From Sphagnum compactum (taxonomy: Eukaryota), in assembly GCA_965153455.1 (NCBI GenBank), contig OZ234493.1:1240001-1304000 (forward strand): a stretch of DNA of 64,000 nt. Direction: 5' to 3'. The notes below the pieces were generated by a model that worked only from the letters and a program-made list of their open reading frames with translations, was not told the origin of the DNA and made no database searches. A program made the translations under genes and the position numbers. Positions 12,715-23,510 of the stretch are shown piece after piece. Position 1 is the stretch's first letter. Each line of letters begins with the position of its first letter.

Positions 12715-14907
12715 TGAGGATCATCAAATACATTGTTGTTGTATTCTTTGTAACAATAATCCAATATTGAGTTTAAATCCAAAAACTCAAGCTAGAAAAT
12801 GATTAATCATATATAACACAACTAATGGTATAAGTGCATTGAGGAAACATGTCAATTCAAATCATTGCAATATCTTAATTTTTTTAAAAAAAAAAGTTAA
12901 TTGTCCTTTGAAGGAAGATGAAAAACAACCTTCCAAAAAGAAACCAAATATTTCTTCTAACTCCATATCTAATTTTTTTGCTACAAAAGAACCTTTCAAG
13001 AAAGATGAAGTGCAATAAAAATAATTTTTGGAAGATTTGGGTCTTTTAATTGTCAAAAACCATCTTCCTTTACAGTTTGTGGAAAATAGTTGGTTGAAAA
13101 GGTTTAGTATGCATTTGTGTCCAAATTTTGTTTTTTTTCCAAAAAACAATTTTCTTATGAAATATTGCTTGGATTAGTGGAAAAAACTAAACAATTATAA
13201 GTTTTACTAGCTTTAGCAAAATGTTATGTTGCAACTACAAGCTTTTATCTATGGATGTCAAAAGATAAACAGGATATTTTTGCATTAGTGATTAATTTTT
13301 TAGGAGTTGATTGGTAGCCAAAACACATTACCCTTGGCCTTTTTGAGCCAACAGATGCTAGTGGATAGACCATGGTCAAAAATTTGACAAAATTGTTGGA
13401 TAATTGTGCATTGAAGATGAGGGATCTAATCTAAACACTATGACTATAGCCCTAAAATCAATTGTAAGTTGTGATATGTTGGGTTTGGAAGAAAGTTTTT
13501 AGGGCATTTGTTTTGGTCATGCATTTTCTAAAGCTTATCAATATTTTACAACAGAAGAAAATGTTTGTAAAGATTTATGATGTGTCAATCAAAACTACTT
13601 AAAAAGATTTATAGAAATGCATAATTTGACCAAAATGTTTTTAAAAGGGTAAGCAAGAATGGGAAAAGGCATGTGTGAATTGAAGTCTTCCCCCAAGGGA
13701 ATTGAACGTTCTAGTGAAAATATGACAATTTTATTTTTCTAAACTTTTTTGTGTTCACATTTTTTTAAATTACATTTTTTAATGTAATAGTTTTTTTTAA
13801 TCACATTTTTAAAACTCTTATTGTGCATATTTTAACACATTTTTTTGCTTTTACAAAATTGCTAGCAAAATTATCCTTTTCTAAGAAGCTTTGCAGTTCA
13901 AAGAAATAATTATACTATGTTATAACAAACAAAATTATGTGAAAATGAATGTAAGAGTACCACCTCCTTTGACATGGCACATTTGTCGCATAATTATTGA
14001 TTTTTTTGGCCTTGTTGCATCTACTTGTATGTTGAATTACTTTAGAGGTCATTGGTTGTTAAGTGATGCACTAAATTTTGCCATATCCATGAATTTAAAA
14101 TTCAGGGATGAAATTTATTTTGCAACCTTTAACAACTTAATGGAAGAAGATGAAAATGTTGTTTATGTGTTATCATGTTTAGCCTCCAACATAAAAAAGG
14201 AAGTTGTTCAATTTTGAATTCTTTTCTTTTCTTTTAAAAAAAATGAAGAAATAAAGGCCCATAATATGTTTTTTTTTAATGTTGGACCCTAGGTTTAAAA
14301 CTTTTAGTCTTGTGTCCTCACTTATTGGTCGTGAACAAGGTAAGGCAATTGTTGAAGAATATGACAAAAAAATTTGTTTCCAATGCTTTTGAAATGTTAT
14401 TATTATTTGCATCCACCGGTTGAATTTGAAAGGGGTGTTGTTGATCAAAAGGTTGAAGAGGATAGGAGTTTGGATATTTTTGAGATGACAACCAACACAA
14501 GTGAACTAGCAATGGAATTAGTTAATGAGAGCTTCTGATTTTTAGGTGTTATCAAGTGGATGTTAAAGACATTAAATGTCCATTGTAATGGTGAGAAAAA
14601 CATGAGGGCATGTTTTTTACATTTGGTTTTTGTGCTAAAAAATCTTAAGAATAGTTGGATATCAAATTGAATTAGAAAAAATATTAACATTAATTGGGAT
14701 CCTCACTAGTTTAAAAAGATGTCGTTTACAATCCAAAAATTTGGACAAATTGATCTTTATCAACAAAAATTGGCCCAATGATTCTAGGATAGGTGGTAAA
14801 TCCCCGTCTAGGTTGGTAGATTTTGTTGAGACTGATCTTAATTTAGAAGAAGAATTAGAGGAGTTTGAAAAAGCTTTTGAAAAGGACGAAGTTGTGGAGT
14901 TGTAAAT
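12715..14907 (+). mobile_element. Near full-length decayed hAT transposase (BED finger, DDE core, dimerisation domain) with a relic intron at ~13725-13856
   Basis: CILC...NGISALRKHVNSNH (BED); FLEDLGLLIVKNHLPLQFVE; TSFYLWMSK; DEGSNL; CFGHAFSKA; MLDPRFK; LDKLIFINKNWPNDSRIG. Many premature stops. AACCG-type subterminal motifs follow at ~15045-15100. Confidence 0.88.
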
Positions 14908-15122
14908 TTTGAATAATTTATTACAAGCTTCCATATATTTTCAGTCATTTTTAAGTTTAAATTTTAGTTTTAATGAATGAAGAGAATGAATGAATTATTA
15001 AATTAAAATTTAGTTTTTGGAAAATGTAATAAATGGGTCGTGAAAACCAGATTTGAAAACCGACTATTATTATATACGCAAGAACCGCCCTATTTGAGAA
15101 CCAGGTGAATTTGTCATGAGTA

Positions 15123-15320
15123 GGATTCTTGGGTTATCTTGAGAATTAATTTCCACAAAGCCCTTGTAGCAGTGGGATTGACTCTTGGGTGGGATTGATT
15201 CTTGGGTTATCCTGAGAATTTCCGCAAAGCATTTGCCGCACTGAGATTCCTGGGTTCTCTTGAGCGTTTTCGGCAAACCCTTTGCAGCTGTGGGGATATT
15301 CTGGGTTTACTAGAAAGGTG
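15123..15320. repeat. Diverged short tandem repeat (~50-70 bp unit, ~4 copies)
   Basis: Recurring gattcttgggttatc(c/t)tgagaattt...c(a/g)caaagc variants. Confidence 0.6.
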
Positions 15321-16084
15321 CTGAGGAGAATCAATCCTCTCAAGTAACAGTAGAATCCACAATCGGCATTCATCCTTTGGGTTGCATTCAAGTGGGTCAC
15401 AACATAGCTACCGCCAGCCGCTCCGTTAACAATGACTCTTTTTGGCTTTTGGCGATTGGAGGCACCGCTAATTAAGCGCCCACATAGGAGGGAGAGGATC
15501 TGAGGAGAGAGGAAACACCTAGTGATCTGGAACTGACAATTGCTTCCTCCAAATTAGGCCTACCTTTTTGTCCTCCTTCTATTTGGCCGCCGACGCATCA
15601 ACGCTAACAAACAGTGGAAGCACCCCAACCATAATGTGCTCAGCTTTGGCGACTAGCTAGCAATCCATCGATCTTGTAGCCTACTAATTTGCTGCCAGAT
15701 ATTTATGACATACAATCTTGTGTTCTGTTTGTAGAAACTTCAATCTTACTTCACAAAAAACAAAAGAACACAACCCTCTCAAGGATTAATCCTCTCTGCT
15801 TTCGCTCATTGTCATTCCAGATTCCAATTTTTTCATTTTTGGCACCTTTTTTTTGCATGGTTGGATTAAATGGATTTTAAATTTCAGTATCTCAACATTT
15901 ATCTGAACATATTATTTAACGTAGCTTGCCATGATTAACATAGTTTTCAAATGGCAAAACATAAATATATTTAGATGATAGTTTGTATTACTAGATTTGA
16001 TGATTTCTTTGGTCCTTTAAGTATGTTTTTGGCCCATTCCACTTCCTTCGATAATGAACAACATAAATAGTTGAAGCTTTTCAT

Positions 16085-16325
16085 TCTCCACTTCTTCGTC
16101 CTCAATTTAACATCAAACTCCTTTATCAAATCTAATTATGTTTCACATGCACTTACTAGGTTAGAAGGTTTGAAATACTCAATTTGTGGATCACATGACT
16201 AATTTTTATTGACAAATATCAATGTGTTCAATTGATTAGCTTGAAAAAATATCTACGAAATGTAATGAGGGCTCCATCAATTGAGAAAATTGAGTTTAGA
16301 ATTGGGTGAAAAATATGTTATAGCG
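16085..16325 (-). mobile_element. hAT transposase C-terminal fragment
   Basis: FSIDGALITFRR...NQLNTLIFVNKN*SCDPQI...PSNLVSACET*LDL resembles LIFINKNWPNDSRIG...PSRLVDFVETDLNL at 14.75-14.85 kb. Confidence 0.65.
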
Positions 16326-17499
16326 AACAAAAAATGTTATCACAAATCCTATTTTTCAAAACTAAGTGTCTTTCAACTTCCACCAAGTCAACATAAAAAG
16401 ATTTTCTTAAAATTATATTCATAATAAGATAGTTCAAAACCCAAGAATAAAACTATGAAAAGGAACTACGTTTATTGATTGATATTAAATGATTCAAAAA
16501 ATATTTGTGAAAATTCAATATTTATAATAATTTTTTTCAAAAACCATTCAAACAATTGTCAACTTTATAAAATACCTATTGAATATCAATTGATTGTATT
16601 TCAATTCCATATGAAAAGTTTCAATCATGTGATTTCACAAAAAACATAGGGATAAAGTTTTTTACTCGAACCAAAGTGCGTGAAAAAATAATTTTTTTGT
16701 AATAAATTACTTTCATTAGAAAATTAAATAAGAAGTTTTTAAAAGGTTTCAATGTGTCAAAAAATCATTTTGTGTGTTTCTCACAATGCTAGAAGAAATG
16801 AAAAAAAATTATTGACCCTCAAAATAATACTAAATGTGTTAAAAAAAAAAATGCATTTTTAAACCCAAATTGTATGAAGGCCAAGAAAAATCAAATCTTT
16901 AAAAATTTACATCCATCTATATACCTATATGCCTATTTTCATTTCTTTTGTAATTTCAATTAACATTTTCTATACATTTTCAACAATTTCCAATTACTTA
17001 TGCTAAGATAAGGTAAAATGCAAAAGATCAACTATTTTAAGGCAACCCTCTCCTCCTTGCTTACTATTTTCCAAGGCTCCCCAAGTTAAAACCGATTTAT
17101 GTGTTGGTTAGTGAAAGGAAAATATTTTCTTTCCATTTTTGCCTTCCTTAACATATTCATTCTAAAAATATTTTCTCTATACCTTTCTTTGAAAAAAGAG
17201 TATTTAAATGGATTCACATACTTTTTATCAAACCAATTTTTAATGAAATGTGTGATAGGAACAACAATATTGAAAATTTGCATGTAATTCAAGGTGGAGA
17301 ACATCCATTTGACACTAGTTACTAGTGGTGGTAGCGAGGCACATGTTTCTATAATGCACATGGAAAATTTGAAAGAATTAATTAGGCAAGGCTTGGGAGT
17401 GTTAAAATTGAAAGTCACCCACATGCAACAGTTTATAAGGTGAGTTCAATAACCTATGTATATGTTTTGATCATGACAATCTCATGAAAAGCATAATAA

Positions 17500-17850
17500 G
17501 CCATAATCATACAACCAAACTTCAGATTTTGGGTTTGTGCAACACGGGCAACAAAAGTTTCATTGTATATTTAAAGACAAACAACATTATAACCATGAAT
17601 TTGTTTTTTCAAAGTGGAGCATAACATTTTATTTAAGATATAGGCTATGTAGAAGATGCGAACAATCACCTAAAATGTCCAATCAAGCAAGAACCAACTA
17701 GTAAATGAACACATGTAACCTCAAATCCCATTTCAAGGTTTTTCTCCTTTACACACCATTTCCTCACAAACAATGAAAAGGCATAAGGACTTCTTCAAAT
17801 ATATAATGTTGGTTGTGATTAAGGGATTTGTGCCATTGAGGACTATAACT
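17500..17850 (+). mobile_element. hAT transposase N-terminal fragment
   Basis: KVFIVYLKTNNIITM...HVTSNPISRFFS...KDFFKYIMLVVIKGFVPLRTI resembles PNISSNSISNFFA...FLEDLGLLIVKNHLPLQFV at 12.9-13.1 kb. Confidence 0.55.
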
Positions 17851-18867
17851 CTTTTGACTAGTTTTTGTCGTGGTTGCCCAATATGATGAGCAAGTGTTAC
17901 TTTTACCAGTTCAATAATGTTACAAGTTGTTGATGCCCACTATGCTTGATGAAGCTCAAGTGCAAGGTTTGAAAGTGGACTTTCCAATTTTATTTCAAAC
18001 TATGAAAACAAAATTGGCAAGCTCACTTTCAAACATCTTGTGACATGATACAACCTTGATGGATTTGTTGCTATCCCATTGATTTAAAGAACATGGGTGC
18101 AAAATTGTCACACACAACTAACCGAAATTGTTCATTTGAGCTTATTTTAGAAAGTTCCACATAATGTTGCATCAATGGGATATATACTGGATAGCTGGAA
18201 CATAGGGTTACTGGCACTTAGGGTTTAGGGTACTGGAAGACAGGAGCTTGTGATGACCCAAAAACCCCTAAAAAATCCCAGTAATTTTGAACTATACTTG
18301 GCAAGAGGCAATCTTTTACATACCAGGTTCCCCATTACAGCCATTAAAGCTTTAATCTTGTGATGACCCAAAACCCCAAGAATATCCCCAAAAAACATTT
18401 ATACTATGAAAGCTTGACTGGGGTCATATATTATACATGCCAAGTTCCCCAGAGTCCAGACTCCATCAAAGCCTTGAAAGCTTGTGATAGCAGGTTGTTG
18501 CTTGATGGGAAAGATGATGATGTCCCCAAGTCCCAAACATACTTTCCTTCCTTCCTTCCTTCCAGACTCCAGACTCCAGAAATGGTGAAACTCAGAAACA
18601 ATCACAACTAATAAATAGCTTCTGGGGCACCTGCATGAACTTACTTGTCGCAGAAAGTCTCAGATTTGCTGCTGGATTGTCAGGCCTTGCAGAAGAAAGA
18701 GAAGAGTCGGTGCAAAAGGAATTCAAGACCCAATGCCCTCTTCATAAACTCCATTTTGTCTGGCTGTTTAGGACCATTAGGTTAGTACATTGCACATTAA
18801 CTTTTGTTCAGTCTACTTACTCCACGACAACAACCACTTTTTGTACTCCCAGCAAACAGCACGCTCA

Positions 18868-18869
<2 letters not shown>

Positions 18870-18903
<34 letters not shown>

Positions 18904-18927
18904 GCACACACACACACACACACACAC
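18870..18927. repeat. Compound (GA)n(CA)n microsatellite
   Basis: Seen directly in the sequence. Confidence 0.95.
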
Positions 18928-19273
18928 TTTGGAAGTGTTGCCTTCTTGCTCTCCCCACTCCTCACCATCCCCTCTTTCCTCACCAAAGTTCATCATCTAT
19001 TTGGAGCTTTTCACTTCCAATGATCTTTTTGCGAAAAAATTGTGAAACCTTTTCTAATGATCAATTTAAGCACAAATTTGAAAAAACCCAAATTGAAGCT
19101 CAAGTTGATCATTCGAATGGGTTTCACATTTGATTGAACCATGCTCACAAAATGATTCTAGTAGACGGGATGCCCCCATCAAGGAGTTGCATAGTGCCAT
19201 ACCTATTATCTTGTTAGAGCACATCCACCAGGCAGCAATAAAATAAAAATGTGGTGTACATTGCCCCCATCAG

Positions 19274-19458
19274 TGTTTTTTTTCATTTGCGAATTTTCGC
19301 AAAAAATTCGACCTGAAAAATGTGATTTCGACCAATAAAAAGGATTTTTCATGGGAAAAATGGTGTCCAAATTTGCCAAATTTCAAAAGGAAAAATAAAA
19401 TCAAATTGCCATATTTGTATAATAAGTTCCAGTAGGTAGCCAAGAATATAGAAGGATA
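19274..19458 (+). mobile_element. Member of a dispersed non-autonomous repeat family with core gtaggtagccaa(g/a)aatatagaaggat
   Basis: Related cores at ~32545-32575 (-), ~35985-36015 (-), ~36762-36785 (+) and ~51197-51222 (+). This copy starts with cagtgtttt, a hAT-like end. Confidence 0.6.
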
Positions 19459-19565
19459 CGGGTTGTGGTATGGCCCTCATTCGGTCGGTGCTACAATTGT
19501 TGTTGCTATAATAAAATTCTGTGTTCTAATTTTTCATGCAAAAATAAGGAGTTATGGATGGAACC

Positions 19566-19851
19566 AAATTACAGAATTCCAACCTTAAAGAGGAGTACAA
19601 GGAAGATCGAAAGCAAATTACAAAATTCCAACCCTAAAGAGGAGAACATGGAAGCACAAAAGCAAATTGCAAAATTCCAACCTTAAAGAGTAGAACATGG
19701 AAGCACAAAAGCAAATTACAAAATTCCAACCTTAAAGAGGAGAATATGGAAGCACAAAAGCAAATTACAAAATTCCAACCTTAAAGAGGAGAACATGGAA
19801 GCATGAAAGCAAATTACAAAATTGCAACCTTAAAGAGGAGAGTACAGGAAG
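19566..19851. repeat. 49-bp minisatellite, ~5.8 copies
   Basis: Unit aaattacaaaattccaaccttaaagaggagaacatggaagcacaaaagc starts at 19566, 19615, 19664, 19713, 19762 and 19811. Confidence 0.95.
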
Positions 19852-20382
19852 AACAGGAATTATTATTTATCATAGCATGATCTCTGCAAGCAGCACAGAT
19901 CATGAACTTGAAATTTTGAAGGTTTGAGATACAATTGAGCTCCAGGCTACCTAAAGTAATCTGCACAATCTCTCTAGCATAACTTCACTTCACTTCACCT
20001 AATTACCTAACCAGCTCCACCACCAGCAGGCTACAGCATCAAATCTACTGAAATTGTACAACAAAACATATTAAAAAACAAAGCTTTGAAGAGATGATCT
20101 GATGCCTTCACTGGTTGGGGCCGCTGCATCCCTCATGGATCTAATACTACCATTGATCTGCACAAATGATCAAAGCCCAACAGAAACAAACAAACAAACA
20201 CTGCTAATACACAAGCTACACATAGAAGAAGAAGAAGAAGATGATGAAGAAGACTCTTGAGTCCTGCACAACACACTAATGCTAAATCAGAAGCTGCTAT
20301 AATCCGTGCCAGTTTGCACTTGATCCCCTTGCTGCTAATCGGTCGCTGCTGCAACCAACAGAGGTCCCAAGAAACAGCTACC

Positions 20383-20740
20383 AAATTCCAAGATGACCCA
20401 AAAGTGTACATTGTCATGTTACACATGGAAAGCAATTAGGGTTGCTCGATCTTCTCTCTGCTAACATACTAGGGTGGTGGTTGTTGTTACCAGGTACTAA
20501 ACTTCCAAGATGACCCAATAAAAGTGTACAACACTAGTCATGTTAAACATGGAAGGCAAGTCTTCTCTCTGCTAACATGCCGCTAGGGTTAGGGTTTGTT
20601 GTTGCAATCAGGTAGGTACCCAAATGAGTAAAATCCAGGTCTCCAAGATTGACCCAAACAAGTGTACAACAACAACAACAACAACACTGGACACATGTTC
20701 AACATGGAAGGCAAGAGTTGCTCTTCTCTCTGCTAAACAT
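20383..20740. repeat. Diverged triplication (~115-140 bp unit) in the 3' region of the DUF1635 gene
   Basis: ccaagatgaccca...aagtgtaca...catgtt...acatggaa(a/g)gcaa...tcttctctctgctaa occurs three times (~20385, ~20505, ~20643). Confidence 0.8.
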
Positions 20741-20984
20741 ATTTTTATACCAGAGTAGTTATTGTTGATTACCTTGGAAAAGAGAAAAAGAAAATTCAAA
20801 GAAGAGAAAAAGAAAGTACTACTACAAACAAAAAGTTTCAGACCCAACACACTGATGTGAAGAAGCTGGAGAAGAGAAGGCCAAATGTGGTGCTCTTTCT
20901 TTCCCAGCTTGCAAGCAAAACAGGGTTGCCTTGCAGAGAAGTGTGGAGTAGGAGTTGGATATGTCCTCCTGCTGCAGAATTCTT

Positions 20985-22514
20985 TCAGAAGATTTTGGTG
21001 TATTTTCGAGGTTGGTTTGTGAGTGCCATTTCTGGTGACATCAAATGTCCCATGCTGTTCACTCTTCGCAAGTGGCGATTTACATTGCTGCTCATGAGCC
21101 CAGAAACTGCTGTTGCTGCTGCACTGGGGGAGCTCATGCTGCTGCTGCTGCTGCTGCTATTGTTGTTGCTGATGGGGTATGAAGAAGAGAAGGAAGACAG
21201 ACGTTGCAATTGTCTGTGAACTCCATACTTATTGCCTCCCTGCAGAGTAGTGGTACTCATGTTGGGATCTGTTGCACATGAAGAATTAGTGATCGGAAGC
21301 TGCAGGGACTCTAGACCAGGAGGTGGATGACGCCACTGTGGTAACTGGGGACTAGAACTAGCCATCAGCAACGTTTGTAGCAACGGTCCTGCATCCATCA
21401 CGGCTTGCATGAGCTTGCCTTTCTCGGGTAGCGAACTGAGCATCACCTGTAGATCTGCTTCCGGGGGCTCTGGGAGAACGTGCTTGCAGGAGAGCAGTTG
21501 TTGTACTGATGCAGGTGCTCCTGATCGCTGCTGCTGCTGCTGCATAGAGACTGCTAGCCCTGTGGATCCAGTGCCTAAGAGAGAAGAAACCGGGGGTCCA
21601 GCAGCAGTTTGAAATAAAGCAGCAGGTGGTGCAGGCAAGCAGCTCGGAAGAAGCTGTGGACTTACTACTGCAGAGCTGGATAGTACTGCTGCTGCAGCTG
21701 GTGAGAATCCTGCAGCAGGAGACGGACCGCTGCTCAGCGATTGTCGCCATGGAGATTGTTGTAGCTGCAGAGACATGTCGCCTTGTTGATGCTGTACCTG
21801 CTGCTGCTGCTGCTGCTCCATCAAGCTGCTCCTCATGACTTGCTGATCTGCAGATTGGAGCTGAACCTGCATCTGCTGCTCCTGCCGTATGCAGTGCGAC
21901 AAAAGCTCGTCGGATCCGGAGTCGTCGACTGCGCAGGACTCGTGGTGGAAATACTGCTCATGGGTACTACGGTTCTGGACTGCGTCCGGGTGATCCGTTT
22001 GTTCCTGTGGAATCTGCTGCAGCATAGAGTCCAGATCTGCAAGATCCTCCAAATGGTCCACCAAGTGCTCGTCTTGGAAAATCTCCAAGTGCTGTTCATC
22101 GTCCTGTAGTATCTCCAGGTGCTTTTGCAGTTCCTCCATGTCGAACTGCTGCTGCTGTTGCACAACCTCCTGCTGGACCGTCGACGCGGCGGGCGACATC
22201 ACCCCTGAAAGACCTGAGTTGAGAAGCTGCTGCTGCTGCTGCTGCTGGCTCTGATGATCATGAGAGCGTCGACCTAGGGTGGTGGATCCTGCAGTACCGC
22301 GTCCTGCATTCATGCTAGGCGAACGAGAGAGACAACCCTGCAAACCCAAATACTGCTCCCGCGCCTCGTCCCTCTCTCGCTGTGCGGCGGCCAGTAGCTC
22401 CTGCAAGTGTCGCACCTGCGCGTCGTGTAGTTCCACCTCCGCTGACGCCACGGCTCTGGCGGAGTCCAGCTCTAGCGTCGCACACATGAGCAAATGCCTC
22501 ATCTCCTCCAACCC
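20985..22514 (-). CDS. DUF1635 family protein (plant 'TOX HMG-box-like'), exon 2
   Basis: Acceptor tttatag| then GLEEMRHLLMCATLELDSAR...ERDEAREQ (coiled coil) and LPEKGKLMQAVMDAGPLLQTLLMA...LPQWRHPPP, the hallmark DUF1635 blocks. Open to the stop at 20985-20987. Long polyQ/Ser linker. Confidence 0.9.
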   Translation of the reverse strand, partial: GLEEMRHLLMCATLELDSARAVASAEVELHDAQVRHLQELLAAAQRERDEAREQYLGLQGCLSRSPSMNAGRGTAGSTTLGRRSHDHQSQQQQQQQLLNSGLSGVMSPAASTVQQEVVQQQQQFDMEELQKHLEILQDDEQHLEIFQDEHLVDHLEDLADLDSMLQQIPQEQTDHPDAVQNRSTHEQYFHHESCAVDDSGSDELLSHCIRQEQQMQVQLQSADQQVMRSSLMEQQQQQQVQHQQGDMSLQLQQSPWRQSLSSGPSPAAGFSPAAAAVLSSSAVVSPQLLPSCLPAPPAALFQTAAGPPVSSLLGTGSTGLAVSMQQQQQRSGAPASVQQLLSCKHVLPEPPEADLQVMLSSLPEKGKLMQAVMDAGPLLQTLLMASSSPQLPQWRHPPPGLESLQLPITNSSCATDPNMSTTTLQGGNKYGVHRQLQRLSSFSSSYPISNNNSSSSSSSMSSPSAAATAVSGLMSSNVNRHLRRVNSMGHLMSPEMALTNQPRKYTKIF

Positions 22515-22912
22515 CTATAAACCGGATCCAACAAAACACCCCCAAAAAAAATAAAAATTCAAAACCAAATCCCCACAATCCTCATTCGAGCACGGCCATT
22601 GCAAACAACTGATCCAAAGATCCCAAAACAATCCTTTCACAAAACACAAACAGATCAACTAGCTGAAAAACCGATCAGGAACAACAACATTCAAACAGAC
22701 CCAGATCGAGTTCTACTCACGTACATCAAACCTGCATCCATGATCCTGACTGCAATTGTTGCAGGATCAAAGCAGCAAAGGCAATACTAATATGAATTCT
22801 TCCAGCAGCTGATCCTCTTCATACAACTTTAAAGCTGCTGCATATATATATATATTGATCGATCATCCGATCAGGACTAGTTAAAGTCTTCCAGCAATTT
22901 TTTAAAACTTAC

Positions 22913-23017
22913 TTGTCCACTGTGAATAAAAGGATTATGATTCGTGAAAGAAGACGCCATGCAGTTGTTGCCAATGCAGCCGGCAGCAACAGGATGGAGC
23001 AAGCTTCCCGAGTTCAT
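22913..23017 (-). CDS. DUF1635 family protein, exon 1 (MNSGSLL...HSGQ)
   Basis: ATG at 23017, 35 codons, donor caa|gtaagt at 22912. The phase-0 join to exon 2 gives ~544 aa. Confidence 0.72.
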
Positions 23018-23124
23018 TCCTCTCTTATAATAATATACCCAGCTACTGTCTCCGTCCTCCTCCTCCTCCTCCCCCTTCTCCTCCCCCTCCCCGTCCCCCA
23101 GTTCGCAAAACACAGTACTAGTTC

Positions 23125-23148
23125 TCAATCAGCTAGCTTGTGATCCAT
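23125..23148 (-). promoter_or_regulatory. Candidate uORF (MDHKLAD*) in the DUF1635 5' leader
   Basis: The only - strand ATG between ~23340 and the main ATG; out of frame with the main ORF; stop at 23127-23125. Confidence 0.45.
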
Positions 23149-23360
23149 TAACCCTAGTAGTAGTAGTGCTCCTCCTCCCGCCTGCAGCTCCTCAAGATCT
23201 CCTCGTCAAGGGCGAGTACAATAAGCTCCTGCGAGTTCAGCAACTGGAAATCGTTGGAAAAGCTGCTGCAAGAAGAGAGGCGCCAAAGGAGAAGAAGAAG
23301 GAGGAGACGAAAGAGAAAGGGCGCGAGGATTTGTGCGCGCGAGCGGCGTTAAGGATCGTG

Positions 23361-23461
23361 CAGGCAGGCAGGCAGGTAGGTAGGTAGGTAGGTAGGTAGG
23401 GCGGTAGATAGGGAGGGCGGTAAGTAGGTAGGCAAGGAAGTAGGTAGGTAGGTAGGTAGGA
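23361..23461. repeat. (CAGG)n/(TAGG)n microsatellite in the presumed DUF1635 promoter
   Basis: Seen directly in the sequence. Confidence 0.9.
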
Positions 23462-23510
23462 GAGGGGGAGTGTCCTAAAACAACAACCGCTGAGCGCTCA
23501 CTAATTGCAG

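Noticed and set aside
18360..19133. ORFs of 77-136 aa, one with a faint lipoxygenase-like FLPS..TPEMVKLR
   Set aside because: Several run through the (GA)n(CA)n microsatellite, and no further family motifs are present.
20450..20735. miR156/529 target sites (tcttctctctgct)
   Set aside because: On the wrong strand for the DUF1635 mRNA and a poor match to GTGCTCTCTCTCTTCT.
21358..22578. Overlapping ORFs in other frames of the DUF1635 exon
   Set aside because: Shadow ORFs from GC-rich, CAG-repeat coding sequence.
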